The translations under genes and the position numbers were made by a program. The notes below the pieces were generated by a model. It was not told where the DNA came from. It saw only the letters and a program-made list of their open reading frames with translations, and searched no databases. From assembly GCA_010015805.1 (NCBI GenBank), contig ML978127.1, positions 930,001-994,000 on the forward strand: DNA of 64,000 bases, written 5' to 3'. The stretch is from Rhizodiscina lignyota (Eukaryota). Positions 48,637 to 59,088 of this stretch are shown here, piece by piece (within the stretch, counting starts at the first letter, position 1; the number at the start of each line of letters is the position of its first letter).

Positions 48637-49708
48637 ATGCCCGGCATAATACAAGAAACCCCGTTCAAGACTATTACTGTCAAAGAGCTGCACCCTACAT
48701 TCGGCGCTGAGATTATTGGCGTCAATTTTCCCAATCCGGATGAGGAGCAATACCGCGAGGTTTTGGCCGCATTAGCAAAAGTGTGGAAGACTATTAACTC
48801 CTAAGGCTCAGGGCTAACATAACATTGTTAGTATGGTTTCTGTGCATTCCGCAACACGGGCATGGATGATGCCGATCATGTCGCCTTCTCGCGTCGATTT
48901 GGTGACCTCGACGACATCAGGCCGTACATGACTGGAGGACGGAAGCCCAGATACGAATTCTACGAGCTGTTCGACGCCTCTAACCTTGATCAAGACGGAG
49001 GTATTTTGGATCCAAACAGCCAGAGGTCGCAATACAATAAAGTTTGCATCCACATGTCTCACCAAAGTTTGGTCCCGAAACTAATGGCTCCAGGGTAATG
49101 GACTCTTCCATGTCGACTCGAGCTTCAACCCCCGACGAGCTTCATTCTCAATGCTGCGCGCGGTGGAACTACCCCCTCCAGGAACAGGCGGAAACACCGA
49201 CTTCGCAGATAGTCGAACTGCCTTCGATGAGCTCCCTGAGGCGTTGAAAGAGGAGCTGCTGAGGGAAAACTATGTCGGCGCCCATTGCCTTGCTCACTCC
49301 CGAAAGACGGCGGCTCCAGAGTACTTCAAGGACCTCGATCCGACCGAGTCAAAGATGCACCTGCATCGTTTAGTCCAAAAGCATGAGCCCAGTGGCCGCA
49401 ATAACCTATACATCGCGGCACACTGCCATCATATCGAGGGCATGGATCCGGAGAAGTCGAAGGAATTATTAAGTACGCTCATGAACCACGTCACGCAGAA
49501 GAAATATACTGTGACCGTGCCATGGTTCAACCCCTCCGACCTCGTAATCTGGGACAACACATGCGTCATGCATCGAGCCGCTGGTGGAGAATTTGAGGGC
49601 AAGTATCGCCGTGACCTGAGGAGGACGACTGTGCATGATAGCAGTCCGACTGCGTGGGGACTTAATGAGGCGGTTGACAGCAGGCAGGGTTTCAAGCGGT
49701 CGTGGTGA
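48637..49708 (+). CDS. TauD/TfdA-family Fe(II)/alpha-ketoglutarate dioxygenase (2,4-D dioxygenase-like), 3 exons
   Basis: LHPTFGAEI; FHVDSSF (HxD); GGNTDFAD; DLVIWDNTCVMHRA; RDLRRTTV. Introns 48781-48831 and ~49042-49093. Confidence 0.9.
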
Positions 49709-50245
49709 AGAATGGATGGTATCCGTTGAAATAAAACTTGGTTGGCAAATCGGTGACGGACAGGCGTAAGCGTGATTGTTCGTGTGAGGATTAAGAAGTG
49801 GATAGCGAATACTCTACTCCGTATACGTACTTCCCGCAAACTAGCCCCGATTTAACCATATCTAGCATTGCCGCTTTTCATGTAGATAATCTCAGCCCGT
49901 CATTATTTAGTTCGGCAATGGATGACATCGAACATTGAACCCCCCCCGGATTCGTATAAGCTCGGTTTCACTAAAGGAATAATGTGGTGCTGACAACGCT
50001 CCACACTATTCCATTTTTTTTCTCGCTGACGGAGTTTCGTGGTTGGCCACAAAACGGGGCATTCGTACCCCAGTAATCGTTCCAAAAGGTGTAGTTCGTA
50101 GGGAGGGCGGCCGCAGGGACGAATACGGTCCGTTATTAGATAGCAATAGCTATAAGTGCATTTTAACGGTCGAATCCAATAACTTCTGCGTCCATCTACT
50201 TTCTTCAGTACAGCAGATAGGCTCCATAACGGACGACGTTTCACA

Positions 50246-50686
50246 ATGCCTCCATGCACAAGATTCGCAGCGTTCAAATACAAGCCCGAGATCACGAATG
50301 AGCAAAAGAAGCAAGCATATGACGGCTTGATTGAGCTCTACAGCAAGAATGCCCATCTGGTGAACTATGGTCCTCGTGGTGGTAAGAACAACAGCACAGA
50401 AGGGTTCGACAAGGGCTTTGATGTCGTCTTCACTGTCCAATTCAAGGTATGAGTGCCCTGCTCCTCCAAGTATTCCGTTCCTCTCCTGTTCCAGCGCTTA
50501 TATTGTGGTTGCAGTCTGTTGAGGACCGGGACAAATTTGTGCCTAATGAAGACCACGTAAAGTACAAGGTTCGTTTAGTATTGCCAGCTCTAGCGCCGCG
50601 AACGCTAATCGTAGAAGATGTCGGTCATCGATCTAGTCGAGGATGTCATCGTTTATGACTTTGTGGAAGGTGAATTTGGGTACTAA
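50246..50686 (+). CDS. Stress-responsive A/B barrel (Dabb) domain protein, 3 exons
   Basis: FKYKPEIT..GGKNNSTEGFDKGFDVVFTVQFK|SVEDRDKFV..EDHVKYK|..VEDVIVYDFVEGEFGY*. Confidence 0.85.
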
Positions 50687-51172
50687 TGCGATCCGTGAGG
50701 GACATGCAGCAAGCAAATGGACCGTCGAAAGGACTGCTCGAAACGGAGATATATTCGCGAAGTACACTGTGTTCTATCACTGTCAGATGAGACTTCGAAC
50801 GAAGAAAGCCTGAAGTTTCAGATCGCAGAGGAAGTGAGGGCGAGCTCAACTCTCGTCTCGTCGACTGTAGATAGTAATGAAATAGTCGTTGGGCTGAGAA
50901 TTGTGCCACACTCATGCGTCTCGCTCCCCACGCTAAACGCTACATAAGGCTTCGAGAGCTCAATCTCCACAGGTGACCGATGTCTTTGGTGCAGTCAAGA
51001 TATCGCGATTTCACGAAAGAAGTTCTGGGATAGGCCGACCCCTAGCCCTAAACGCTTGGCCGCCAAGGCCGAAGCTTGGAAGAAGTCGGGCGAGCACCAA
51101 ACCAACAACTTCAAGCTTTCCCGTCGACATATTCTCTTCCACACAGCCCTCCACACCCCCTCAGTCATCAAA

Positions 51173-51922
51173 ATGGCTGTCGGAGTAAGCTCAATCGCAC
51201 CTTCAGATGCCCATTGAAGCTAACCAGATCCCTACAGCGCTCCGCCGCCCTTAAAATCGACTGGACGAAGCTCCCTCAACAGCTCGGCCTTCGCGGTAAT
51301 ACGGCTGCTGCTCTGCAAGCCTTCAAGAAGCGCAACGATGATGCGCGCCGCCGTGTCCAGGTCCTCTCGGACCAGCCTAGCTCTGTCGACTTCACCCAGT
51401 ACCGCAGCACCCTCAAGAACACCGCCGTCATCGACGAGATGGAGAGGGTCATGCGCGACTTCAAGCCGAAGACGTACGATGTAAACCGACAGCTCAAAGC
51501 TATCGACGCATTTGAGGCGCAGGCGGTGAAGAGTGCGGAGGAGACGAAGGGTGTGGTGGACAGGGAGTTGAGGGATCTGGATAAGACACTGAAGAATATC
51601 GAGGAGGCAAGGCCGTTCGAGGACCTCACGGTGGTGAGTAGCCTATGCACCGCTGTAGATGTTTGCAAGACATTGCAGATGGTACACACGACTGAGTATA
51701 GAACATTGGCTGACATCTGCGCACACAGGACGAGGTTGCTGCAGCACGTGAGGACATCGACAAGAGGACGGAGCAATTGGTATCAAAGGGCAGATGGGCC
51801 GTTCCGGGCTACAAGGTAAGTGTCCACATGGGCTATTCGAATCTTCAAAGGTCCAGGCGTAGAAAGGTTGCTGACCACAATTCATCCCACAGGAGAGATT
51901 CGGCGACCTTTCTGTACTTTAA
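51173..51922 (+). CDS. atp7: Mitochondrial ATP synthase subunit d, 4 exons
   Basis: [88 protein letters not shown]. Confidence 0.95.
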
Positions 51923-52289
51923 GCGCAGGACCGTTACTGCGTGCCATGTCACAACTACCTTTTCTCTCTGTGTGCATAGCCGACCCAATACTGTAGAAAA
52001 TAGAGCACAAGTTTTGAGTTTTGAGTTTTTGAGTTTTGACATTCTCCGTTCAGGATATAGGGGTATCGAATTATCGTGACATGCAATGGTGTTGAAGTAA
52101 AGGTGTAAAGGAACCGATGATGAGTCTTCCCCTCTGAATCACTTTCCACAGCCCCCCGACCAATCATTCTGGCGACTGAAGCATCAACCCTTCAATCTCT
52201 CCCCCCGGCATCTCCGCCATTCGAGCGTCCGATTCCATCCAGCAGAACCTCTGAATTGAATTTCAACGCCGAAGCAGACATGAACCGCG

Positions 52290-52557
52290 CTAGATTGTCG
52301 CCGTGGTATGATGCCCCCGCATACGACGTCTGCGGCCGCCGAAGCCCTGGCAAGTCACGCAGCTGATGATGATGTCGAACACGGCGACGATGCCATCGAT
52401 GATAGCGCGGAGGATGGCACCGATACCATTGACCACGGCCATGATGCAGGCGCCGATGGCGCGGAAGACACCTTCGATCTGTTTTGAAGTGAGTAACCTG
52501 ATCGTGGAATGTGAAAGTGTTTGGTTGTGAACTTACGCAGGAGACTACGGCACCCAT
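52290..52557 (-). CDS. 69-aa hydrophobic/amphipathic microprotein, 2 exons; missed by the ORF track
   Basis: Exons 52557-52537 and 52478-52290; intron GTAAGT..CAG. Product MGAVVSCIEGVFRAIGACIMAVVNGIGAILRAIIDGIVAVFDIIISCVTCQGFGGRRRRMRGHHTTATI*; C-ending codon bias. Confidence 0.8.
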
Positions 52558-53421
52558 TTTTGAGAATGTGTTGTCGAAAAGGTTGGTGGTTTGACAGTGA
52601 GGAGTTATAGAGTAGAAGTGTGGTGTGAGTTCGATTGATGGAGCAGTATGCGAAAGTTGCGGTTCTCGATGTTTGTGTGCTTGAGAATGTGAGAGGAAGG
52701 CAGGTTGAAGTAGTAGCAAAAGCAAGGGCAGAAGCAAAACATGGCTTGTGCAACCGGCTTAAAAGCGCGAGTTATGGCACGATGACGTAGTGAACAACCG
52801 TTCGCTTCCCTTCACATCTCGCTATGACCCCATGGAAATCTCATTTCACGTCAATCACGATTGGCACGAGAGCAAACAGGACAAAATCCTGGCAAGCGCA
52901 TCCCTGCCGTGCGCCACAATGTGTGGCGTCCAACCGTCACCGGCCGTGTGACGGGTCTCAGAGCGGCAGCGATCTGCCCTCGACGTCTCGAAGCGGCAAT
53001 GAGGCTCCTTGCGTTTGGCCCAAAGCAGAGTAGCCCTTGTCCATTGTCCTCTCATTTCCAAGCCGTGAGCCGAATTACTTTAGTCCATCGTCAGGGCTTC
53101 TGCTGACGGAGCAATTACCGGCGACTTCAATCTGAGGGGTCTACCGCACCTAGCTATTTGGACACGTCACACGTCATAGAGCGGACCGCACATGCAGCAG
53201 AGATTGCATGTGCAAGATACCTACTGTGAGCCTAGCTTGGGATATCATTTAGTGGCGTGAGTGAGAAGATAGTGGTTACCACCTCCATCTCGTAAAAGCA
53301 GCCCGAGTAGTGCTATCCGACCTCGACGCTGCGCCGATGCTGTGACTATGCCATACTCCAAACACACTGCTTAAGAAATACAGAGCACTATGCTAATTTA
53401 TAGATATGCCAATATCGAGTG

Positions 53422-54570
53422 CTAGTACAAACCCTGACCAAATACCCCAACCTCAGCAACATGCTTGTGGAAAGCCTCAAACTCCCGCTTGAAGTCCCCA
53501 TCGGCTCCAATATGCGCCTGGCAGCATTCTCCATGCACGTAGTGCCCCGACAACCTCTCCATGTCGTCCAGTTCTAGACTCTCTAGCTGTGCCCATATCG
53601 AGTTTTGCAAGAAGGCATCCGTCCGGTCACTGAAGTTGTTCTCCAGCATTCCCAACTGTGCGTGCAGGCCTCGCCGCTCCAAGAATGTATGCATCATGTC
53701 ATAGCCCACGTAATCCATTCCGAAGATGAGCTTTTTGAGCTGCATCCGCGACACCTCTTCCATGATGGGCCCACGGATACCCTCTACCTGGTGGATGTGA
53801 GTTCCCAATCGTCTTGCGAGTGCCATCCGTATGCCCAGGGCTTCTAAGCTCTTGAACATCTGCAGAAAAGAGGCAATCGTTGCGTATTCTTCGTTGACCA
53901 TGCCCATAGGATGCACGCAAAAGTCCAGCACCTTTGTCTCCGCAAATACTTGCTCCAAAACTGGCCTGTCTGCGTCTCGAAAGTCCAGAGGTTGTTGCAC
54001 ACCGCTCAAGACATGAAATTCCGTTACCTTTACACCAGAGCGTGCAAGCGCATCTAACGTGACGAAAAAGGCCTTATTGCCAATCACGTCCCTCACTTTC
54101 CTCGTGGCATATGCCGCCCAATCGCTGCCAGGCGCGTCAACGGTCAGACTCTCCAGGGTCCTTGAAGTGGTCTGAAGTCTCTCCAACGCAGTGGCTAACA
54201 TGCCAGCAAAGTCAGGCTGGTATGGCCCATCTAAGATTTCCGCAATCCGTACCCCAAGGTCCATTGCACGGTCCGCATAGCGAATCATGTGGTGCTCGTG
54301 CGCGACGCGGTCTTCATCAATAAGGCCTCCACGAATGGTCAAGTGCTTGAAACTCACGCCGAGAGGGTGCTCCAGAATCTGGCGGAGAATGATGAGAGAG
54401 TCGTCGTGCAAGGAAATTGTGCGACTGGAGAAGCATTTCTCTCGGAACGCTTTTGTAATAGCGAAGCCAACGACGTGATTAACGAGACGTAATGAGCATA
54501 GGGAAGAGGTATCCAAGTTGAGTGCGATGGCTTCGATGAGCTCCGATGGGAGGGTGGACAGATAAATCAT
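53422..54570 (-). CDS. F-box domain protein
   Basis: N-terminal LSTLPSELIEAIALNLDTSSLCSLRLV F-box, followed by an LRR-like leucine-rich body; intronless. Confidence 0.75.
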   Translation of the reverse strand: MIYLSTLPSELIEAIALNLDTSSLCSLRLVNHVVGFAITKAFREKCFSSRTISLHDDSLIILRQILEHPLGVSFKHLTIRGGLIDEDRVAHEHHMIRYADRAMDLGVRIAEILDGPYQPDFAGMLATALERLQTTSRTLESLTVDAPGSDWAAYATRKVRDVIGNKAFFVTLDALARSGVKVTEFHVLSGVQQPLDFRDADRPVLEQVFAETKVLDFCVHPMGMVNEEYATIASFLQMFKSLEALGIRMALARRLGTHIHQVEGIRGPIMEEVSRMQLKKLIFGMDYVGYDMMHTFLERRGLHAQLGMLENNFSDRTDAFLQNSIWAQLESLELDDMERLSGHYVHGECCQAHIGADGDFKREFEAFHKHVAEVGVFGQGLY

Positions 54571-55035
54571 TGTCCGTTGTAGAAAGGACAAGGTGAAAAT
54601 ATTATACAGTGTCGAAAAAGGTATATAGAGAGGGGTAGGTACGAGACTATGTAATTCTCGTTGTTATTGCCTAAAATCAGATATAAGGAATACAGTGCAA
54701 CCTCGAAGCTCGGGCATGGACATCGAGGCAAAATATATTGATTATGTAATGATTTGCGCATTCATATCTCTATATCTTCTCCAGAGGCTCGCAAGGTTTG
54801 ATTCACATCGCTCTTGGCAGTAGAGAGAGCAGTAAAAAAAAATTTTAACTATACAAGTGACATCATATTGGACTTTTTTGTCTTTAGATCGCCCAGCAGC
54901 CGGCATGTTTTACTCTATGTGACCTTACTCCTAGAGCAACACAAGTCGCTCTGCTTCTACCAACGCCGCCCAGATGCTGAACGCCCAGAACTTCATTCCA
55001 AAAATCCTGACTAAATTCGGGGTATCCTCCAGCCA

Positions 55036-56457
55036 CTAGGCTGCGCGAGCCTTGCTCTTTTTCCCTGCCAGATACGTGCTCAGCTGCTCAATCCTACTCA
55101 CAAACAACAATCTCTTGATGTCATTCTTCCACACCAGCACGCCCAGACTATCCGCATACTTCCACGTATCGTCGTACTCCGTCTGAGTGCCAAACTCTTT
55201 TATCAAGAAGCCAGTCGTTGCTTTCATGCGGTCTCCCTCAATCTGCCACAGCCTGATCTGGTCAACCACTGTCGGCGGCATCACGGGAGTGTTCTTGGCC
55301 ATTTGAGGGTGCGCATGCGCGGTCAGGTATGAAATGACTTGGTCAGCTGTAATGCCGAGGTTGATGGCGCGTTGAATGGACTCTTTGGTGAGTTTGCCGG
55401 AGACGAGGTTAGGAAAGCGGGTGTGTAGTCGGGTGAAGAGAGCGAGGACAGCGATTTGTAGGATAGAGGAGGTATAGGCATAGAGGCGGTAGTTCGTCTC
55501 GACGATAATGTACCCTTTGTCGTTACCACTTCCGGTGGGACTAAGGGCGCTTCGCAGTGTGGAATTCGAGGTGAGCAGGGCACCAGCGTCAGAGGTCAAA
55601 GTCGTTGCAAGACGAGTTGGATAAAATCGCTTCGCTTGGTTGTCGCGACGGTAGACTATGCCAAAGTCTGAAAGATCATCGAGCATTTGGAGTTGCGTGG
55701 CCGTGAGATTAGCGGTGCTGTAGTCCTGGCCGAGCTCAAGACTTCCGAGAGTGAACAGGAAGGACAGTACATCGACTTTGTCCATCTGTAGGTTATCCGC
55801 ACTTTCCAGGTAGACGATTAAGAGACTCCAGACCTGCGTATTTGCCTCTTGGAGGAGAAACGAGAAGCCAGTCTGTGTGATAATTGGCCGTCCTCCCTTA
55901 CGCTCCACGAAGTTGCCCATCTCCAGAAGCATTTTGGTTCCATCACTGATGCTCGCTCCTTGAGATAGTCCCATCTGCATGCCACCAGCACTGCCGACCA
56001 TATAGTATAGTATAGCCTCCCACTGTTGTCTTGCAAACTTATCCAAATTTTCGACGTCAATTTTGTCCGGATCTGGAGTACTGCATGGTACTCCAAACGA
56101 TCTGTGATTCCCACCACCCGTCAGAGCTTGCCGTAATGACTTCGCGAACTTATCGGAGAGTTGGTATGCGGTGGGTGCGGGAGGGGGATCATGGACTTTG
56201 CTGATGATGTGCAGTCTTTCGAGGACGGACATTGCCTGGTCCTTTTCAACCAACGCATCTGGCCGTATCCACGCCAGAAGATCCGCGTCAGAGAAGGGTT
56301 TCGTCATGTAGAGCATCGCCATGACAATGTTCTTCGCGAGATGCGGTAGCATCCTCCTGAATATCGCAAGCGCGCTCGACGGCTGCCTGTACAACTTGAT
56401 TAATGTCGCGCCCGACTGCTGCTCGAGGTACTCGAGCGCTTGCATCGAGGCCGTCAT
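55036..56457 (-). CDS. tfb2: TFIIH core subunit Tfb2 (p52/GTF2H4)
   Basis: LYRQPSSALAIFRRMLP; WEAILYYMV; ITQTGFSFLLQ; RFYPTRLATTLT; IIVETNYRLYAYT; GITADQVISYL; PPTVVDQIRLWQIE. Confidence 0.96.
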   Translation of the reverse strand: MTASMQALEYLEQQSGATLIKLYRQPSSALAIFRRMLPHLAKNIVMAMLYMTKPFSDADLLAWIRPDALVEKDQAMSVLERLHIISKVHDPPPAPTAYQLSDKFAKSLRQALTGGGNHRSFGVPCSTPDPDKIDVENLDKFARQQWEAILYYMVGSAGGMQMGLSQGASISDGTKMLLEMGNFVERKGGRPIITQTGFSFLLQEANTQVWSLLIVYLESADNLQMDKVDVLSFLFTLGSLELGQDYSTANLTATQLQMLDDLSDFGIVYRRDNQAKRFYPTRLATTLTSDAGALLTSNSTLRSALSPTGSGNDKGYIIVETNYRLYAYTSSILQIAVLALFTRLHTRFPNLVSGKLTKESIQRAINLGITADQVISYLTAHAHPQMAKNTPVMPPTVVDQIRLWQIEGDRMKATTGFLIKEFGTQTEYDDTWKYADSLGVLVWKNDIKRLLFVSRIEQLSTYLAGKKSKARAA

Positions 56458-56978
56458 GTTGTATGTTGCTGCTCAGCGGACAGCTTGAATATCACCTCAA
56501 TATCATCTTTGAGAATGACTAATTCTCTGTAAAGAGATTGGCCTGGCTGCTGCTGTGTGAGGCTGTGATGGAAAGATGAAGGCGTGGACGTGACTGAAGA
56601 TTTACATGGGTTCTTTAAGATGAGATTAGATTAGATTAAGCCACCCGACGACAACGTCACCTCATCCTTCAAAGGGGCTTTCGTCCGAACTGGATCTCTC
56701 GTATTTCACTACAGTGTGCTTGATCGAAATTGTTCAAAGCTCGAAACAGGTTTCTTGTCCATTCACTTCGCTTGCAAAATCGTCCCGATTCCTGCGACCT
56801 CTCTCCACCTAACAAACTCAAGAAGCTGACCACAATCTGATCCCAACTAACGTCCAGCCAGCCGATTCACGCTTATCTTCCAGAGTCGCACATTCATTAA
56901 ACATTACTATTCCTCCTCGTCATTCCCCGCCGCCAAGACGTACTTCCCGTTCCATCGTACTACTCGCTCTCTGCAACT

Positions 56979-58643
56979 TCACTTAAGCAGCCGTTGATCA
57001 CCCTCTTCATTTCCAGTAACCGTGGCTCCTTTTCCGCTCGATTTCCTCGGGCCCATCCTTCCCATCAGCAGCCTATCAATGAAACTGGTCTTCTTTCCAC
57101 TCGTACCTGCCGCCATCTCCCCACTCGCCATGGTGCCTGTGCTCGCGATAGTGCTCGAAGTCGACATATCGAACCCCCGCATGATTTCGCCTGTCACCTC
57201 CCTTCGAGAGCTGTATATGCCTTCAGTTGCGCCGTGATAAGCAGCACTTGGTGACATCGGCTCTGGCTCAATCTGACTCTCCTTCTGCGTCTCCTTGAAT
57301 CCCTTCCAGAGTAGCATGGTTGCGCACGACGGCATGTACTCCCTCAAACTGGGAAGATGACGCTGTTGGCAGTACTTCACCTGGAAGTCTCGCAGACTCA
57401 AAACTGCTTCTCTGTTTACGCATGCGGCGTATAGCAAGTCAAAGACATGCTTTAGGTGTTCCTCGGTTTGCTGGCGACCTGCGATGGTAACCTCTTGTTC
57501 TTGACTGCGGGTGCTGCCAAACGAATTTGACCTCGACTTACAAGGCTCCGTAGCTTCATTGAGAATTCGATCGTTCAGACTGACGAAGCGGCCGCACCAG
57601 TACTCTTCTGGCTGCGCTTGACTCACTTGGCGAACAAGCTTTGCAGATGAGGTCGATGGGGTAGCCACTGTGTCAATGTAGCCAGCGGGAAGTTTCGGTA
57701 GTGGAGGGCTCCTCGGCCGCATCAGCTGTCGATGAGTGATCTCGCCTTCGAACGATCTGCGTGGCTGCGTCTCGGCTTTCGGAACTGGCTTCACTGTTGA
57801 TGAACCGTTGAACTCGTCCTCGTATTGTTCTTCAATACTCTTACTCGGCCACGCTGTCTTTGTGGTCTGCTTCACCGGCGTCTTTGGCCACACCTCGGTC
57901 GTGCGCGAAATAGCACTCGTTGTCCTTGCACCGCCTTGGATGCGGCTCTGAGGTAGGCTCGTTGAACTCCTCATTGGTGTCTGGACCTGCTTCCTTGGGA
58001 TTGAGAAATTGTACGTCTTCTCTCTAGAATCCTCTCTTACTTCTCCCAGACTTTCCTTGAACGTCGGTCGTCTTGGTGTCTGCAATCCTGCCGTAAGATT
58101 CGGCTGCGTGCTCGAGCGCGTCACCAATGGTGCCGGCTTTCGTAAACCCGCAAAAGCTCTAGAGGCACTAATTTGTCTTTTGCTCTTGTATGGGTTTGTG
58201 GCCGATGAAACTGGGGTGGGTATTCGGCTTCGTGGTAGATTTGTACTTGATTGCGAATTCGGGCGCGGTACGTATGAGCGCTCGCGTCTTGCCAACGTGG
58301 GCAGATTGCTCGTTGTCTGACTCTTTGGTAGTGTCTTTTGTGGCTGCTTTGGAGTCCATTGAGAGGTGTGGAATCCCGGGGGTGGAGGCAACGGCGGAGT
58401 TTCGCCATGCGGTGCTCTGGTCGAAGTCGAGGTGTAGGACGTCTCGCGGCTTCGAGGAAGCAGGGTCTCGCGCTTTCGAGATTGGCTCTCCGAGGCCGAC
58501 TTAAGAGGAGGGATGGCTGTGGATGGCCTGCGAAGTTTTGAGGCAAATTGATTAATCGGAGCCGTGAATGCTGTGATCGAGCTCAACCTTTTCAGTCTGC
58601 CCATCGACGGGTCATTTTCTTTTTGCCGAGGAGGTCGCTGCAT
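56979..58643 (-). CDS. Hypothetical S/T/P/R-rich disordered protein with a short C-terminal helical domain
   Basis: ~555-aa intronless ORF; YWCGRFVSLNDR...VFDLLYAAC...AVLSLRDFQ block within low-complexity sequence. Confidence 0.75.
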   Translation of the reverse strand: MQRPPRQKENDPSMGRLKRLSSITAFTAPINQFASKLRRPSTAIPPLKSASESQSRKRETLLPRSRETSYTSTSTRAPHGETPPLPPPPGFHTSQWTPKQPQKTLPKSQTTSNLPTLARRERSYVPRPNSQSSTNLPRSRIPTPVSSATNPYKSKRQISASRAFAGLRKPAPLVTRSSTQPNLTAGLQTPRRPTFKESLGEVREDSREKTYNFSIPRKQVQTPMRSSTSLPQSRIQGGARTTSAISRTTEVWPKTPVKQTTKTAWPSKSIEEQYEDEFNGSSTVKPVPKAETQPRRSFEGEITHRQLMRPRSPPLPKLPAGYIDTVATPSTSSAKLVRQVSQAQPEEYWCGRFVSLNDRILNEATEPCKSRSNSFGSTRSQEQEVTIAGRQQTEEHLKHVFDLLYAACVNREAVLSLRDFQVKYCQQRHLPSLREYMPSCATMLLWKGFKETQKESQIEPEPMSPSAAYHGATEGIYSSRREVTGEIMRGFDMSTSSTIASTGTMASGEMAAGTSGKKTSFIDRLLMGRMGPRKSSGKGATVTGNEEGDQRLLK

Positions 58644-59088
58644 TTTCACCGTCTCGGTTGTGTTGAGCTATTGCTTGTTTACTGGTGAATTTGTGTTGAC
58701 TCTCGCGGTGCTGTTTTGTACTGTGGTCGGAGAGCAGCCAGAATAAACACCGCGCGCAATAACAAGATAGGCAAGCAAAATCAGAATGTAAGCAAAACAG
58801 CGTCGAGCATGCTGGATTTGAAGAGTAACAGAAGAGAAGAGAAAATCTGTGGTTGTGTTGGGCACCAGATATCTTGGCCTAAGCGCTGGCAGAAAGGCAG
58901 GAGTGGAAACGGAAGGAGCAATCTCGCCACAAACAATCAAGATTAGGCCAACTCAAGATTGCACGCGTTCGAGAAGGTGAACACACTTTTTTTGAGCAAA
59001 TAATCTTGTCATCACTGCAATCAAATACTTTCACTTCACACTTGACGGCGAACATTCTGTCACGGACTTGACATTGTCTTGACTAGTG

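Noticed and set aside
52011..52040. (TTTTGAG)x4 tandem repeat; also (CAA)n at ~37812-37830 and (AGATT)x3 at ~56623
   Set aside because: Ordinary short microsatellites in UTR or intergenic DNA
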